From assembly GCA_964019335.1 (NCBI GenBank), contig OZ025666.1, positions 310,001 through 374,000 on the forward strand: a stretch of DNA of 64,000 bases. Reading direction: 5' to 3'. Source of the stretch: Diplonema japonicum (taxonomy: Eukaryota; Protista; Euglenozoa: Diplonemea). The position numbers and the translations under genes were made by a program. Shown here one piece after another: positions 1 to 12,490 of this stretch (the stretch's first letter is position 1; every line of letters starts with the position of its first letter). The notes beneath the pieces were generated by a model. The model did no database searches, had not been told where the DNA came from, and saw only the letters and a list, made by a program, of their open reading frames with translations.

Positions 1-701
1 TGGAATAGGCCGTATTAACCACCACATTTGTTTTTTTGTGGTATTTTTTTTTCTCCTTTTTTTTTTCCCCTTCTCTTCAAAATATCGACACCCGCAAATA
101 CCAATCAGTTATTTTGTCGATATTCAAATTCTTTACGCAAATTTCCCCCTCCATTTGTATGCTCATATTTTGGCCCAATAATGGCAAAGTCTTCATCTTC
201 CGTGCCATTTATACATTTTATATCTCATGGGGGGGTCTTCTTTTTTTTTTCTTCATTCTTCCGTGGGGCAGTAGTTTTCATCTTTTTTTTAGTGCCCCAT
301 TCCCTTTCTTTGAGTACTCCCTTATCTTGCTTCTAAGTACCTTATTTATTTTTCTCCCCCCCGTTCTTCATTTACTTTTACAAACACCAGCAATGCACAC
401 GCAAAACAAAAGCAAAACAAAAAAAAAAAAAAAAAAAAAAACATTTCTTACTCTTACCTTTTTTTTTCTTTTCTTTTTTTTTTTCCCTTATACCCTCCTC
501 TTCATACTATTATTACTTCAATTTTTTTTTGAAAAAAAAAAAAATTCTTTTGTAATAAAAACCAATGCAATATTTTATAAAAAAAATCATCTTCAGGGCG
601 GAAAGCAAAAAAAAAAAAAGATAAAAAACGGAAAAAAATAACAATATAAAAAAAAAAAAAAGAAGAGACAGATTTCCGTCCGTCCGCAAAGTATGATGTA
701 G

Positions 702-3700
702 ATGCACAGCAAGGGGGTTACGGGGCCTTGTGAAATGGCGGAAAGGCAGCTTAGGAAAGAATTGTCGCAAAGATGTGAAGGGTCAAACGAACTGTATAAG
801 GCTGTTGAGAACGTGTGTAAAGGAGCCGACGAAGGACTGCTTCGGTCGGGCTTAAGGCTGTTGGATGACTTAGCTGAGAAGGATGAGTGCTGGAGGGTAG
901 TCTTCTCTCGGTGCTTAGCCAAGAAGTTTGCATATTTGCTTAAATCAGTCGGGTGTGGCACTCCTACCGATTTCAACAGTTTATTCGAGCGCTATCTATC
1001 CCAAGCACTCCCCACCCTCCCTGCCTCCCCGTACCTCGCCCCGTACCTTGTTGAGCTTAGACGCGACCACCCGTCTCTCACGCATGATGTAAAGCAAGCC
1101 ATCAAACGCATTCCCCGCGACGCCTCACGGCTCCCCACCCTCTCATTTGACTATTCTCACCTCACCATCGACACCTACCCCGCGGGCAGGAAAAAAGGCC
1201 AATGGGTCACACTCGGCCGTGGCGCCATATGCACTGTCATCTCCGCCACTTTCCTCCGCAAGCCCGTCGCCATCAAGGAATGGCAGGTCCCCGACACCAC
1301 CAAGCAAGCAGTCGTTGCGAAGCTTCACGGAGAAGTGCTCGCACTGGAGCACCTATGCCACATCAACCTGGCCGCTGTCTATGGTGTTGTGCACGATGCC
1401 AACGGCGAGCCACCGCAGGGCCTCACTGCAGACGTGGGCATCCTGACAGACAGGGTGCAGATGACATTGGGCGACCTCCTCTTCGAGGAAGACCCCATGC
1501 CTTTAGACAAGCTGCTGGCCATTTGTGTGGAAGCGGCAGCAGGCACAGTTTATCTGCACCAGTGCTCCATCCATGCCAACATCAAGCCCAGCAACGTGGG
1601 TCTCACCATGACAGGCTCTGTCAAGCTTCTCGACTACGGCCCGTGGCGCAACCCTGACCACGACTGGGCAGCACCTGAGGTCGTACGCGGTCAAGCGCTG
1701 CTTCTGTCAGACGTCTACAGCTGGGCTGCCATCTGCCTGTCGGGCATATCTCAGCAACGACCACGGAAGGGCCAAAGCGGTGTGATCCCTGAACGGTCTT
1801 CGTCAGGTGACGTTGTGAGTTCTGGTATGAGCGCGCTCCTGTCGGAGTGCCTCTCCGAAACTCCCACGCTGCGGCCGAACATGGCCGACTGCTACAAGAG
1901 AGCCACCATGTCGCATGGCGACAACGAGGGCCACCGCCCTCATCAAATGCAACCAGAAGACACTCAGCAGCAGCTTGAAGCTGTGCCGCTCCCTGAAGAG
2001 AGGTACATCCCGATGACGTCTCTCCGGTCACAGGACACATGGGAGGTCATTGGTGAAGGCTCCTTTGGGCAGGTGTATAAGACAGTCTTCGAGCCCATGC
2101 AGGACGTGGTCGCGGTCAAGGAGCTGTTGATCGACCCCGACACAGAGACACAAAAGAAGCTGCAGCGAAAGCTCCATTTCCACAAAGAGATTGTCAATCT
2201 GCACACGCTTCGGGTGAACCAAGTCCTCAACTTCTATGGTTGGACGGCCGACTCGACGGGGCGGTTATTCATGGTCACCGAGTACTGCGCCAGGGGGCAC
2301 CTGAAGGGCGTCCTTGACAGTGAAAGAAGGAGCGCTGAGATGACACCGAAAGACTGGGGCCACATGAGCCTGGATGTAGGGCTCACGATAGCCCAATCCT
2401 TAACGCTCATCCACTCGAAGGACTGGGTGCACTTAGACGTTGCTGCAAGGAATGTGCTCGTGACGGCATGGGGCCAGTACAAACTGTCTGATGTCGGACT
2501 GCTAACTAAGGTGAATGGCCCTGCGCCAGTGATCGCAATACCATGGTCGCCGCCCGAGGCGCTCCGTGCCAAGGCTTACGAGCGCGTTGCCACCGTGTAC
2601 CACGACATGTGGTCTTTTGGAGTACTCCTGTACGAGGTCCTCAACAAGGGCCCAGCACCCTTTGAAGAGCTTCGCATCACATGTACCTCCGATCAGGACT
2701 GGCTGGACTCGTTGGTGAAATCCGTAGTCTCTGGTGTGAAACCCCTTCCTCCAGTGACTGTGGCACAGGACCCGCTCTGCAAAGCCATTTGGGACACTGT
2801 CATCGTTCCTTGCAGGTCTATGGCCCCCAGCAAGCGACCCACAATGAAGGAGGTGATCCAAACTATTGTGGACCTACGCGGCAGTTCCTGCGCGTCAGAG
2901 GTGAGCAGCCCCGTGACTAGCGGCGGCCCTACTGTGTGTACCACTGAAATGAACATATATGGAGGCGATGCGGTGGTGTACGGAGGTGATACGGCACCCG
3001 AGAGGGAAGCTACGGGAAGCAGCAGAGATCACACTGAAGGCTCTGAAATAGGGGACACCCTGACACGTGTGCTGATATCAAGACCGCGACCGTGTCCTAG
3101 AAGGAAGTTCACTGATTGTTTTGAGATGTCTAAAAGGCTGTACTCGGAGTTTCCATGCGAGTGGGCCACCCTCATCCAGCAGTGGACAGAACAAGAAATG
3201 TGGAGCGCAGCGTACCAGATGACCAACTGGGAGAGTGTGGGAGGGAAGATATGGCCCTCACCAGTTCTTCACGCCGCTTTGAAGAATGCGGAGCTCATTG
3301 CAAAGAGACACTGCGCAGGCACACCTCTATCGACGTTCCTTCCCGTTTACATGTACACGGCAGAACTGTACCTCCCTGCAGTGTGGTGTTGGTACGACGC
3401 AGATGTGAAGCTGTGGAAGCGTCTCGACGAGGTGGACGAATTGGAGGCAGCGGCGCTGACCCTCAGGTCACAGTCGGGAGGGCATGCCGAAGTCACTATC
3501 CCGAAGTGCCTTGGACGGCTAAAAAGAAGCCAAACCGAGCAGATATGGCTTTTGGCACCTAGTGCAAGCTACGAGCAGCTATGCGGGATCACGAGATACG
3601 ACATAGGGATGATCCCTGTCATGCGGTACGAGAACGCACAGAGGGGGAACCCCGTGCTGTCGCCATTGTACGACTCGGCCATGTGGTGCATGCAGCCGGG

Positions 3701-6700
3701 GAGCCAGTCTTTTTGCCCACCGCCTGGTATCCTAGAATACATCTATTCACGGTCACCTGACCAGACCCTGCAGGGCAACACGTTAGTACGGGTGAATGGT
3801 AAAGATGGTGTGCTTGTGGACGGGAAGGTGCTTGTAGATGGGGTGGCGGTGCCAAGCTGCCAAGCTCAAAATGCTACAGAAACATTCCCGGAGGGCGGCG
3901 GGTCGTGGAAGGTCGTGCCATGCGAAACAGAAGCGATAGCCGGTGTGAAGGAGCAACTGAGGGAACTTGCACTGCAGCGCAGCGCCGTCAACGACGAGGT
4001 TAACAAGAAGATCCTTGAGGCACTCAACGGCAGCCGGAACCTCAAGGCCATCGCTGCAATAAAACTGGGGACGGGCAGCATGGAGGAGATTCTTGATTAC
4101 TACCCGCCTGCCGACGAAGTGTTGAAAAGCTTGGAAGTGCAGTACCTCACTGTGGACTGTGGAGGCATGTCCGAAAAGTACCTCCTTTCCCTCTCAGGGC
4201 ACCCCATGCTCGTTGCCGTGGTGAGTAACATGCAGCAGGTGCAGCTTGTCGACTGCGTCAGCAGGTTCGTTGCCTCTTCAAAGGAGCAGATCTACGACTT
4301 TGAGAACAAAGCTTGCATCAGAGACCACGAGAAGCTATCACTGGACGGGACAGCATCGGCTACAATCACACCAGGCCCAACAGAAGACGACATCAGTGGG
4401 AAGTATCTGCACCTCCCTGGTGTTCCTACTAGGTTCTGCTGTGACGACACGGGGTACATGCTGTCCAAGGAATCTGGCAAGTGGGTGGCTACCAAAGACG
4501 GAGACGAAATTTCCGTGGAGGCCAGTCGCATCGACCACGAGTGGTGTGTGTCGCCTGTGTACTACATCAACCTGTGTGTCAAGGCCCTCCTCCACGCCAT
4601 CGACCAGATACCTTTTTGTACCCCTGCCGCTGCTTACTACCGGTGCATCCCTGAGACGTTCCTCAAGCAATACGAAGACAACACTGTTCTTGTGTATCCT
4701 GGTCTGGCTTCCTTCAGTAGTGTCCGTGAGCCGCAGTCAGTGACATCCGAGCACTCTCTATTTGGAATCTCTTGCAAGGGCACCACTTTCAAAGACCTTT
4801 CACCATTGTCGAGGTTTCAGCGTGATGAGGAGGTCATTGCGCCGCCTGGTACTACCTTCAAGCTAGTTCGTTCCCAACCGACAATCGACCTCAAGATCGT
4901 TCCTCCGAGAGAAGCAAGCAAAATGATAGTCAGAAGCAGGTTGATGGACCTTCCCACTGGCTGCTCATGGGCGGAGCGTGTCGTGTTCAAGACATTACAC
5001 GCCTTGGACGGCGAAGGGCGCCTCGACCTGTCGCTGAAGACTGTCAATGATGGGATGACACCTGACAGGTGGCAGTTCTGGATTGCTGCACCGCCATCCG
5101 TGGACACCGAACCTGATTGCCCAATCACCCCTTCCTTTCAATGGAATGAAGTAGGCCATGAGCTAACAAGCATTGTAGATGCATGGTGGGCTGTCGCGAC
5201 GGAGGGCGAGGCCCCTTTAGAGGAGACATCGGATCTCACGGAGGACATCACGCGAGTGCTTGGTCAGGAGGAGACGGAATTTGCAACGTACTTCACGTTC
5301 ATGACAGAGATGATGGTGACACCTAAGCAGGAAGACACTTTTGTGCTAGAGATCACAGGGCTTGACTTCGGTGCTGATGGAGGTGCCCTGCGTGTCACTT
5401 TCCGCAAACGCAAAGGTCGAGGCTGCCTTGCGATAGGAGTCAGCGGCGCTAAGTTCCTCGCAGAGCTGATCAGTTTAAACATCCCGCTGTCAAGGATCTC
5501 CCTGCAGTACAACGCTCTGGGAATGGACGGTGCGGAGGCTTTGCTGCATGGGTTGCGCACCAACAAGCATGTTGTCGAGGTATCCCTTATGTCTGCTGAC
5601 GAGGAGGGTATCCCTGAAGATGTTTTGGAAGCCCTGCGGCTTAGGACGCTGCTTAACTGGGCACCCGCGCAGCTCACGGACTACCTATGGGTATGCACAT
5701 CATTACAATTGTTACACACCCCCAGGATGCCAAACCGAGCATAGTCGGGAAGGCGCTGTGGGACGTGCACCTTTGGGAATGCGATTTAAGCAAAATAGCA
5801 GAGCGAGAGCCCGGTCACGCAAGGGAGCTGGTCTCACGATGGTACGAGGCAAGAACAGATGAGCGTACTAAGGACTGGGCGCTGGTCGTGCCGCATGATT
5901 GTCACGGTGGGAGCTATTTGCATCTCGCAGCAGCGGCTGACTGGTGCAGGATGCCTTGGCGGGACATGACACTGCCTTTGAAGGCGATCGAGACCCTAGC
6001 ACGGCACACCTACAAGATCAACCAGCGGGACTCGAAGGGGATGTCTGCGCTGCACTACGCGGCTATGAACCTCAGGTATGCCACCACACGCATTGTTATC
6101 CACACAGCGACATCACGGCACAAATCATCACGTCGCTCATGTCAAAGGGAGCCGACCCGTGGTGCAAGGACAACGTCTTGGACACCCCGATGCACAAGGC
6201 AGCGCGGTCTGGCACACCAGAGGCTTTGCAGCAGATCATCGAGAGCGCACCTGAAAGCGAGACGACGGAGAGCATCAACGCGCTGAACAGGTTCGGGCAC
6301 ACGATTCTAATGGCAGCCGCAATGTATGCAAACAAAAGATCGACGCCAACACCCTCACAGGAACACGCGTTTCAACACCGCAAGCGGCACGCAGATTATA
6401 CAACAGCTTGTCAGCAAGGGGTGCACACTTGATGCTCGGGATCGTGACCGGCGAACAGCGCTACATCACGCGGCGTCATTCGGGTGCAGGAAGATCGTAA
6501 TCGAGCTGGCGACCCTGGGGGCAGACGTCGACACAATGGACAGCTCGATGCAGAGCGTCATCATGCTGGTGGCAAGGTATGCACACCACGCTTGCACATT
6601 GCATACAAAAACAGCAACAAGCGGTTCAATACTACAGAAGGTGTCAAGGTAGTGAAGGCTCTCGTGGCAGGCGGTGTGTCCGTGTGCAACAGAGTTAACG

Positions 6701-7662
6701 GCGAGCTGCCTGTTGTCGTGGCTTCTGCGAACCACCAAAGCGAGATTATCCCCGAGCTGATCCCCAGCGACTTGTCGCTGCTGACAGACGATGAGCTTAC
6801 TGTGTTGCTGAACAGTGCAGCACGCTACGGGCACCCTTGCGTCGTGAAGGCAGTCCTGGCGCAGACGGGCATGCAAGAAGTGATTTGGCGGTTGGACGGC
6901 AGGAGGGCATCGATCTTACACAAATGCGCGAAGAACAGCAACTACGACACAGCAGAGGGGCTACAGTTGTTGGAGATGCTGAACTGCCCGCAGCTTGACG
7001 TCAATGAAGGCAACGAGAGCGGGCGGACACCATTGTGGTACGCGGCCAACGCAGGGCATTGCACGCTGTCGGAGTACTTTTTGAAAATGGGCAGCAACGT
7101 GTCCCTGAAGGACAAGATAGGGAACAACCCTGTGCACGAGGCGACGAACTACGTCAACTGCCTGCAGACTATTCTAAACTCCGAGCACGTAAACAAGCAG
7201 CAGCTAGTGACAGCGATCAAAGAGAACAGCAAGAGGAATTACACACCACTGAAGCTCGCAATATGCAACGACATGTGCTGGTGCGACACGGGCCGTGCCT
7301 GTATAGAGACAATGCTAACCCTCGCAGAGCTACGCGATGGCGATGGCGCTCTGACTACAGCTTTCCTACAACGACTGCAGGAGAAGAAACTACGTGATTC
7401 CCTCCCGTTAGACGATGCTAAACTGACGCTACAAATGCTCAAAGCACACAACATGCCTCCCATCGATAACGAGTCCTTCATCAGGTACTATGACGTGGGC
7501 CTCGACGAGATGCTGAAGGACTGGAGCAAAAATGGAATACAGTACTTCAGGCAGGACTCTCTCAAGATGGATCTCCAAAGAGACCACACATGCACCACCT
7601 GCACCAACGACTCTTTGCAACGGCATTGGACACCTTGGGACGAGGATATTGTCGCTGATTGA
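702..7662 (+). CDS. Multidomain protein: pseudokinase + TK/TKL-like kinase + ART-like ADP-ribosyltransferase + LRR + ankyrin repeats. Exons 702(or 735)-5690, 5726-6075, 6108-6323, 6361-6576, 6615-7662
   Basis: Four GTATGC..CAG introns of 32-38 nt join ORFs 702, 5687, 5944, 6326 and 6484 in frame. Motifs: GRGAIC/VAIK/HANIKPSN/DYG; GEGSFG/VAVK/HLDVAARN/DVG/PWSPPE; YYR..ASFSS..DEEV; LQYNALG..GA..L; GMSALHYA, DTPMHKAA, RTALHHAA, GRTPLWYAA. Confidence 0.85.
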
Positions 7663-7830
7663 AAAACGAGCGGGTAGAAGAAAAAAAAGAAGAAAAACAA
7701 GAGAGAGAGAAAGAAAAAAGAAGAAGTGTGTAGAGTTCTCTTTTTTTTTTTCTTTCTTCTTCTCTTCTTCCTTTTTTTCCCCCCCCCTCTCGTTTTCTTG
7801 ATACTAACAAAAAAAAGGGGAAAACAGGAA

Positions 7831-8472
7831 ATGGGAAAGCTAGACTATTCGAAATGGGACAAGGTGGGGGAGTCCGAAGACGAAGCTGAACAAGAAGACA
7901 AAACCCACAGAACGAATCTGTACAGGTCATTGCAGAAGGAGAGCCAGGAGCTTTTCGATTATGCAAGCGCAGGGGCTCTGGAGGAGGTGAAGCAAGCACT
8001 GAGGAGAGGTGCATTCATTGACAGCAAACTGCCACAGAACGGGAACACGGCTCTTCATATGAGTTTGTGGCTACAGCACGGCAACGTGGCAGAGTACCTT
8101 ATTGAGAACGGGGCCGATTTAGAGGTGAAGGACAATGATGGCCTTCGACCGTTGCACACGGCTGCCTGGGCTGCCTTTGAAGGTGATTTTGACATGGCCC
8201 GTCTTCTCTTGTCTAAGAAGGTCAATATCGAGCCGGTCTCAGCATCAGGGAATACCCCTCTTCACCTTGCATCAACAGCAAGCCCCAAAATCGTTTCCCT
8301 GTTCCTCGAAGCAGGTTGCAACCCCCTCCTCAAAAACAACGACGGGCAGACCCCGAGGGAGTACTCTCTCAAGAAGGGCTTCGGGGCCTCGATGAAACGC
8401 AAACAGTGGGAAGGTCTGATCGAAGAACTCGAGAAGGCGGAGGCGAAATGGGTTGCCAAAACAGCCAAATAG
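7831..8472 (+). CDS. Ankyrin-repeat protein with N-terminal DYSKWD motif
   Basis: GNTALH, GLRPLH, GNTPLH repeats; first ATG after the low-complexity leader is at 7831. Confidence 0.85.
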   Translation: MGKLDYSKWDKVGESEDEAEQEDKTHRTNLYRSLQKESQELFDYASAGALEEVKQALRRGAFIDSKLPQNGNTALHMSLWLQHGNVAEYLIENGADLEVKDNDGLRPLHTAAWAAFEGDFDMARLLLSKKVNIEPVSASGNTPLHLASTASPKIVSLFLEAGCNPLLKNNDGQTPREYSLKKGFGASMKRKQWEGLIEELEKAEAKWVAKTAK

Positions 8473-8587
8473 ATAAAAGAAAATACAGTCTGTCCCCCCA
8501 ATTTTTTTTCTTTTTTTTTCCCTGGAATAAAAATTTTATAAATTAAAAAAAAGGCTGGTGACAAAAAAAAGAAAGAAGGTTAAACTC

Positions 8588-10619
8588 ATGGCGTCACGCT
8601 CGGCGTCTCTCGACAAGTGTTTCTACTCTTGGGACCTTGACAAGAAAGAGGGTAAGATCCCGATTGATGAAATAAGCAGAGTGCTGGTGACGTTTCGCAG
8701 TGAACGGGCAAAAGAAATGTGCGCGTGTTGGGTCGAAATGACGGCCAAGGTGTACGAGGTGAAGGCGGCCCTGCGAAAGGCAAGCTTGCGAGGCGGCGAA
8801 AAAAGATACCTACAGCCCGAAGACCTCAAGAAACACCTCGTCCAGCAGGTCTTGTGCAGCACTGATATGTGCGGACCGCTGGGTGGCGACCTCGACTGGG
8901 ACAGATACATGGTTGTTGTGAAGATCGAGGACGACCCAGAAACGCACGTAAAGCCCCCCGCATCACTCTTCACCATTAACATTCAGGAAATATCGCCTAT
9001 AATTCTGCCGGACGTAGAAAAGAAAATCGTTCAAATTTTGAACGACGCAAAAGAAAGTGAAACCGAAGCAATCGTCGTCAGCACCGTTAACATAACCAGC
9101 CCTCCCGTATCTGTCGACGGTCTTTCGAAGAACGAAGCAAGAAAAGCGTTGTTGGAGATTACCTCGCCTTTGAAGGCAGGGGAGTTCGAGAACTTCACGA
9201 CCCACATCCTGGCGACGCTGGACTTCGTTTACGACATCTCGCAGCACAACCAACGCAACAGAATGATGTGGGAACTTTTTAAAATATGGGACTCAAAGGA
9301 CCACGGGTATGTTGATGCATCTGACTTCATCCGTCGGGTGTCTAATGTGAAACACGTTCAAGACCGTAGCCATATTAATGTGCAGAAACTTGTCGAACAG
9401 GGTAATGTGTCCACAGATGACATTTCCCTGACTCGTTTTAAAGCGTTGATGTGTAAGATACTATCGGAGTGCTCGGAGGTTGAAGTGGACAACACGATCC
9501 GCACATTACGTCGGCAGCTTGAGAGTGATGAGGACACCAAGGATAACCGTTATGCAGTATGCCGCCATCTTCGCAGCGAAGCCGAGCAGCAGTTGAAACG
9601 CGATGAAAGGCTGATGCAAATGGCGGAACGCCGCTCTTCATTTTCCTGTTCTGTTCGGGAAGCTGCCAAGCGCGACATAGCATTGTTCAGAAAGAACCGG
9701 CTTGAATCGAAGAAGAAACATGCTTTCGACTCGATCAGCTTCGACGATATTGCAGTCCTGCTCGACACTTCTATCGCACCCCCTGCCACACGCTTGACTT
9801 ACGAAAGGGTTGCTTCCTCTGTATGCATTCTCGTTGATATCTCACCTGTCACGGCTGATGGTAGAGTTGAGTACTGGGCAGCCTTTCAAGAGGCACTGCG
9901 GTCGAACATGGTGGATGTTCTCACCTTGATTCACGATATCAACGTTGGCAGCCTGTCGCATGTCCGTGTTTGTAGGTGTATGACTGTGTTGCAAGAGAGT
10001 TCTAACCCAAGCCACCTTCTTTCGTTGTCTTGGTTCCTTTCTGCTCTTGTTGAGTGGTGCAGAGCGTGTTGTGAGTTGGCGTGCCTTCAATATAACTGGG
10101 AATGGCCGCCGCCGCCATTGCAGTCCTCCGCAGCAGGGCCCTCGACAGGCAACCCCCGTCCCCCTGCCAGCTCTTCCAACTCGTCTGCTGTGCGGTCTCT
10201 TAAATACCGTACACCTGGAAAATCGTGTGAAACATCGCAGTACCAACCTGCAATGCACAAAGACGTGCCCGAGTCTCCTTTTCGTGCTTCGAACCTTTTT
10301 GCACGCAAGCGTAGGCCCAAGGGTCCTTCGTGGGCTCAGTTCGCAGAGAAGCAAGCGGCAAGCCTTTCCCGGCAGAGGTCCGCTGACAAGCTCTACAGCG
10401 ACACCAAAGAGGAAGAGCTCATCTTCCCCACTCACTTCACGGAGGTTAACATCTCGCAGTACAAGACGCTAAGCTGTCTGAATGAATCTCTGGGCCTTCC
10501 CCAACCCGGCATCGAACATTACAGCACCTACTCCGAATCGGTATGCATGGTCACGACAACGCCATTCACACACACACACACACACACAGGTTTCACAGCC
10601 TTATTGGAGCGACTTCTAG
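8588..10619 (+). CDS. Hypothetical protein with EF-hand-like motif. Exons 8588-10540, 10590-10619
   Basis: LFKIWDSKDHGYVDASDF is EF-hand-like; a 49-nt GTATGC..(CA)n..CAG intron at 10541-10589 leads to TAG at 10617-10619. Confidence 0.7.
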
Positions 10620-10786
10620 CCGACTGGGACTCCCCTCTCTCACTCATTATTACCCCAACACTGCCTCACCAACTCCATCTCACTTCATGTTCTCCTTTTC
10701 CAAGGGGAAACGGGTTTTGTAAATTTCATTTTTATTGTGCCCCGGGGTGGGGGTTTCTGAGCAAAAAAGAGGCATGCAGGATCAAG

Positions 10787-12190
10787 ATGGGGCAGCGGTT
10801 GAGTGGCCTGGATGGGTTCCGCGAACTGCCTGTTGAGTTGACGCAAGCGACGGTGGGCGGGGGGTTCCTGACAATGGTAGCGAGCGTGGTGGCGCTGGTG
10901 TTGTTCTACTTCGAGGCGGGGGAGTTCATGAACGAGGTTACACGGTCAGAGGTGGTGATGGACACCACGCAGAACGAGATGCTGCAAATACGCTTCGACA
11001 TCATTTTCTACGACCTAGCGTGCGAGTACGTCAATGTGGGCGTAAGGGACTCCTTCGGAACAGAAAGGTTCAACATAGAAAAAAACATAAAAAAACACAC
11101 CATTGACCACGAAGGCAGACAAGGTGCCGCATACACCGCGGAGGAGCTCCTCCACCTCGATCAAGAAGACCTGACCCCTGAGGAACGTGCCGAAGTGGAC
11201 AGCGACTGGACATCCTCGACAGCTATGATGCACCACGACTTTGCACGCGTAGTGGATTCGCACGATTTCACGATCGTGCTTTTCTACGCACGGGCAACGA
11301 AGGCGTTCCCGAACATGAAGTGCACACCATGCAAGAAGCTCAGGCCTGTTTGGGACACCTTTGAGACCAAGGTTAACGGCAGGAAACACTCGATGATCAC
11401 CCGCGCGATTCAAATTAACTGCGCCGAGTACAACCTTGAGTGCATCGAGCAGAAGGTAACGACACTGCCAACCATTCGGCTCTTCAGACGCGGCGTCGAT
11501 GCCTTGCGAAGCTACGCGATGTTCAAGCCCGAGGAGGCAACAGTGGAAAGTTTAATGGAGTTCGTCGAGAAAAAAGAAGCCGAAGCCAGTAAAACAGCAT
11601 ATGCCGGGTATCAAATACACGAATACTTCCCAACCGGGTGCAGGGTAGACGGGACCGTTGAGGTTTCAAGAGTCCCAGGGAGCTTGCACTTTGAAGCCGT
11701 GAATGGCCCGTTGGACAATATCAACTTTGCGACGACAAATGTATCGCATCGAGTGGTGCATATGGCGTTTCAGCAGCCTGGAGACAGAATGGCGAAAGGG
11801 GCAACGGGAGTTGAGGGTTTCGATGGGCTTCATCCCATTGATGGGAGGGACTTCGTGGTGCACAAGTTTCATGAAGCGCCGCATCACTTCTTAACCGTCG
11901 TTGCCACGAACTACGCGTTGGATAACAAAGGGATTTACGCTGATTTTAGATCGAGGGCTTTGCCTCTCAAGGTGTACCAAATGACACATCAAAGCAGGAC
12001 AGCCAGAACGCGTCGAGATGCCATTCCGTCCGCGCGATTTAATTACGACCTCTCGCCTGTCGAGGTCAAGCTCACCACTGTACGAGGCAGGGAGTGGTAC
12101 GACTTTTTTACAACTATTTTCGCTGTTGTCGGTGGGACTTATTCCGTGGCGGCTCTGCTGACTGGAGGCCTTCAAAATATCAGGTATTGA
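10787..12190 (+). CDS. ERGIC/Erv41-Erv46 family protein with internal thioredoxin domain (PDI-C-like)
   Basis: LDGFR..ATVGGG plus TM N-terminus, CTPC thioredoxin motif, GCRVDG..RVPGSLHF, FNYDLSP and C-terminal TM. Confidence 0.85.
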   Translation: MGQRLSGLDGFRELPVELTQATVGGGFLTMVASVVALVLFYFEAGEFMNEVTRSEVVMDTTQNEMLQIRFDIIFYDLACEYVNVGVRDSFGTERFNIEKNIKKHTIDHEGRQGAAYTAEELLHLDQEDLTPEERAEVDSDWTSSTAMMHHDFARVVDSHDFTIVLFYARATKAFPNMKCTPCKKLRPVWDTFETKVNGRKHSMITRAIQINCAEYNLECIEQKVTTLPTIRLFRRGVDALRSYAMFKPEEATVESLMEFVEKKEAEASKTAYAGYQIHEYFPTGCRVDGTVEVSRVPGSLHFEAVNGPLDNINFATTNVSHRVVHMAFQQPGDRMAKGATGVEGFDGLHPIDGRDFVVHKFHEAPHHFLTVVATNYALDNKGIYADFRSRALPLKVYQMTHQSRTARTRRDAIPSARFNYDLSPVEVKLTTVRGREWYDFFTTIFAVVGGTYSVAALLTGGLQNIRY

Positions 12191-12490
12191 AGTGGGGGAG
12201 AAAAAAGAAGAAAAAAAACACCAACATAGATCGGCCATTCTGTAAACTGTAAACTCTTTTTTTTTTTTATTGTTTCTTTTTACCCCGCGGCGATGATTGA
12301 ATTTTGAATATATATATTTTTTTTTTTCCCCGATTTTTGTGCCCATGTTTTGGCGGCCGAAGGGTTTTAAAAAGTTTTTTTTTATATTATTATTTTTTAC
12401 CCCACCGAAAAAACAAAAAAAGAATTCAAACTTTTTTTAAAAAAAGGAGAGGCGGGAGGTGGGGGGGACAAAAAAAAAAGAAAAAAGAAA

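Noticed and set aside
8558-12190. 1210-aa EF-hand/ERGIC-PDI fusion ORF
   Set aside because: A canonical GTATGC..CAG intron gives a stop at 10619 and the ERGIC protein has its own N-terminus at 10787; the read-through is most likely fortuitous
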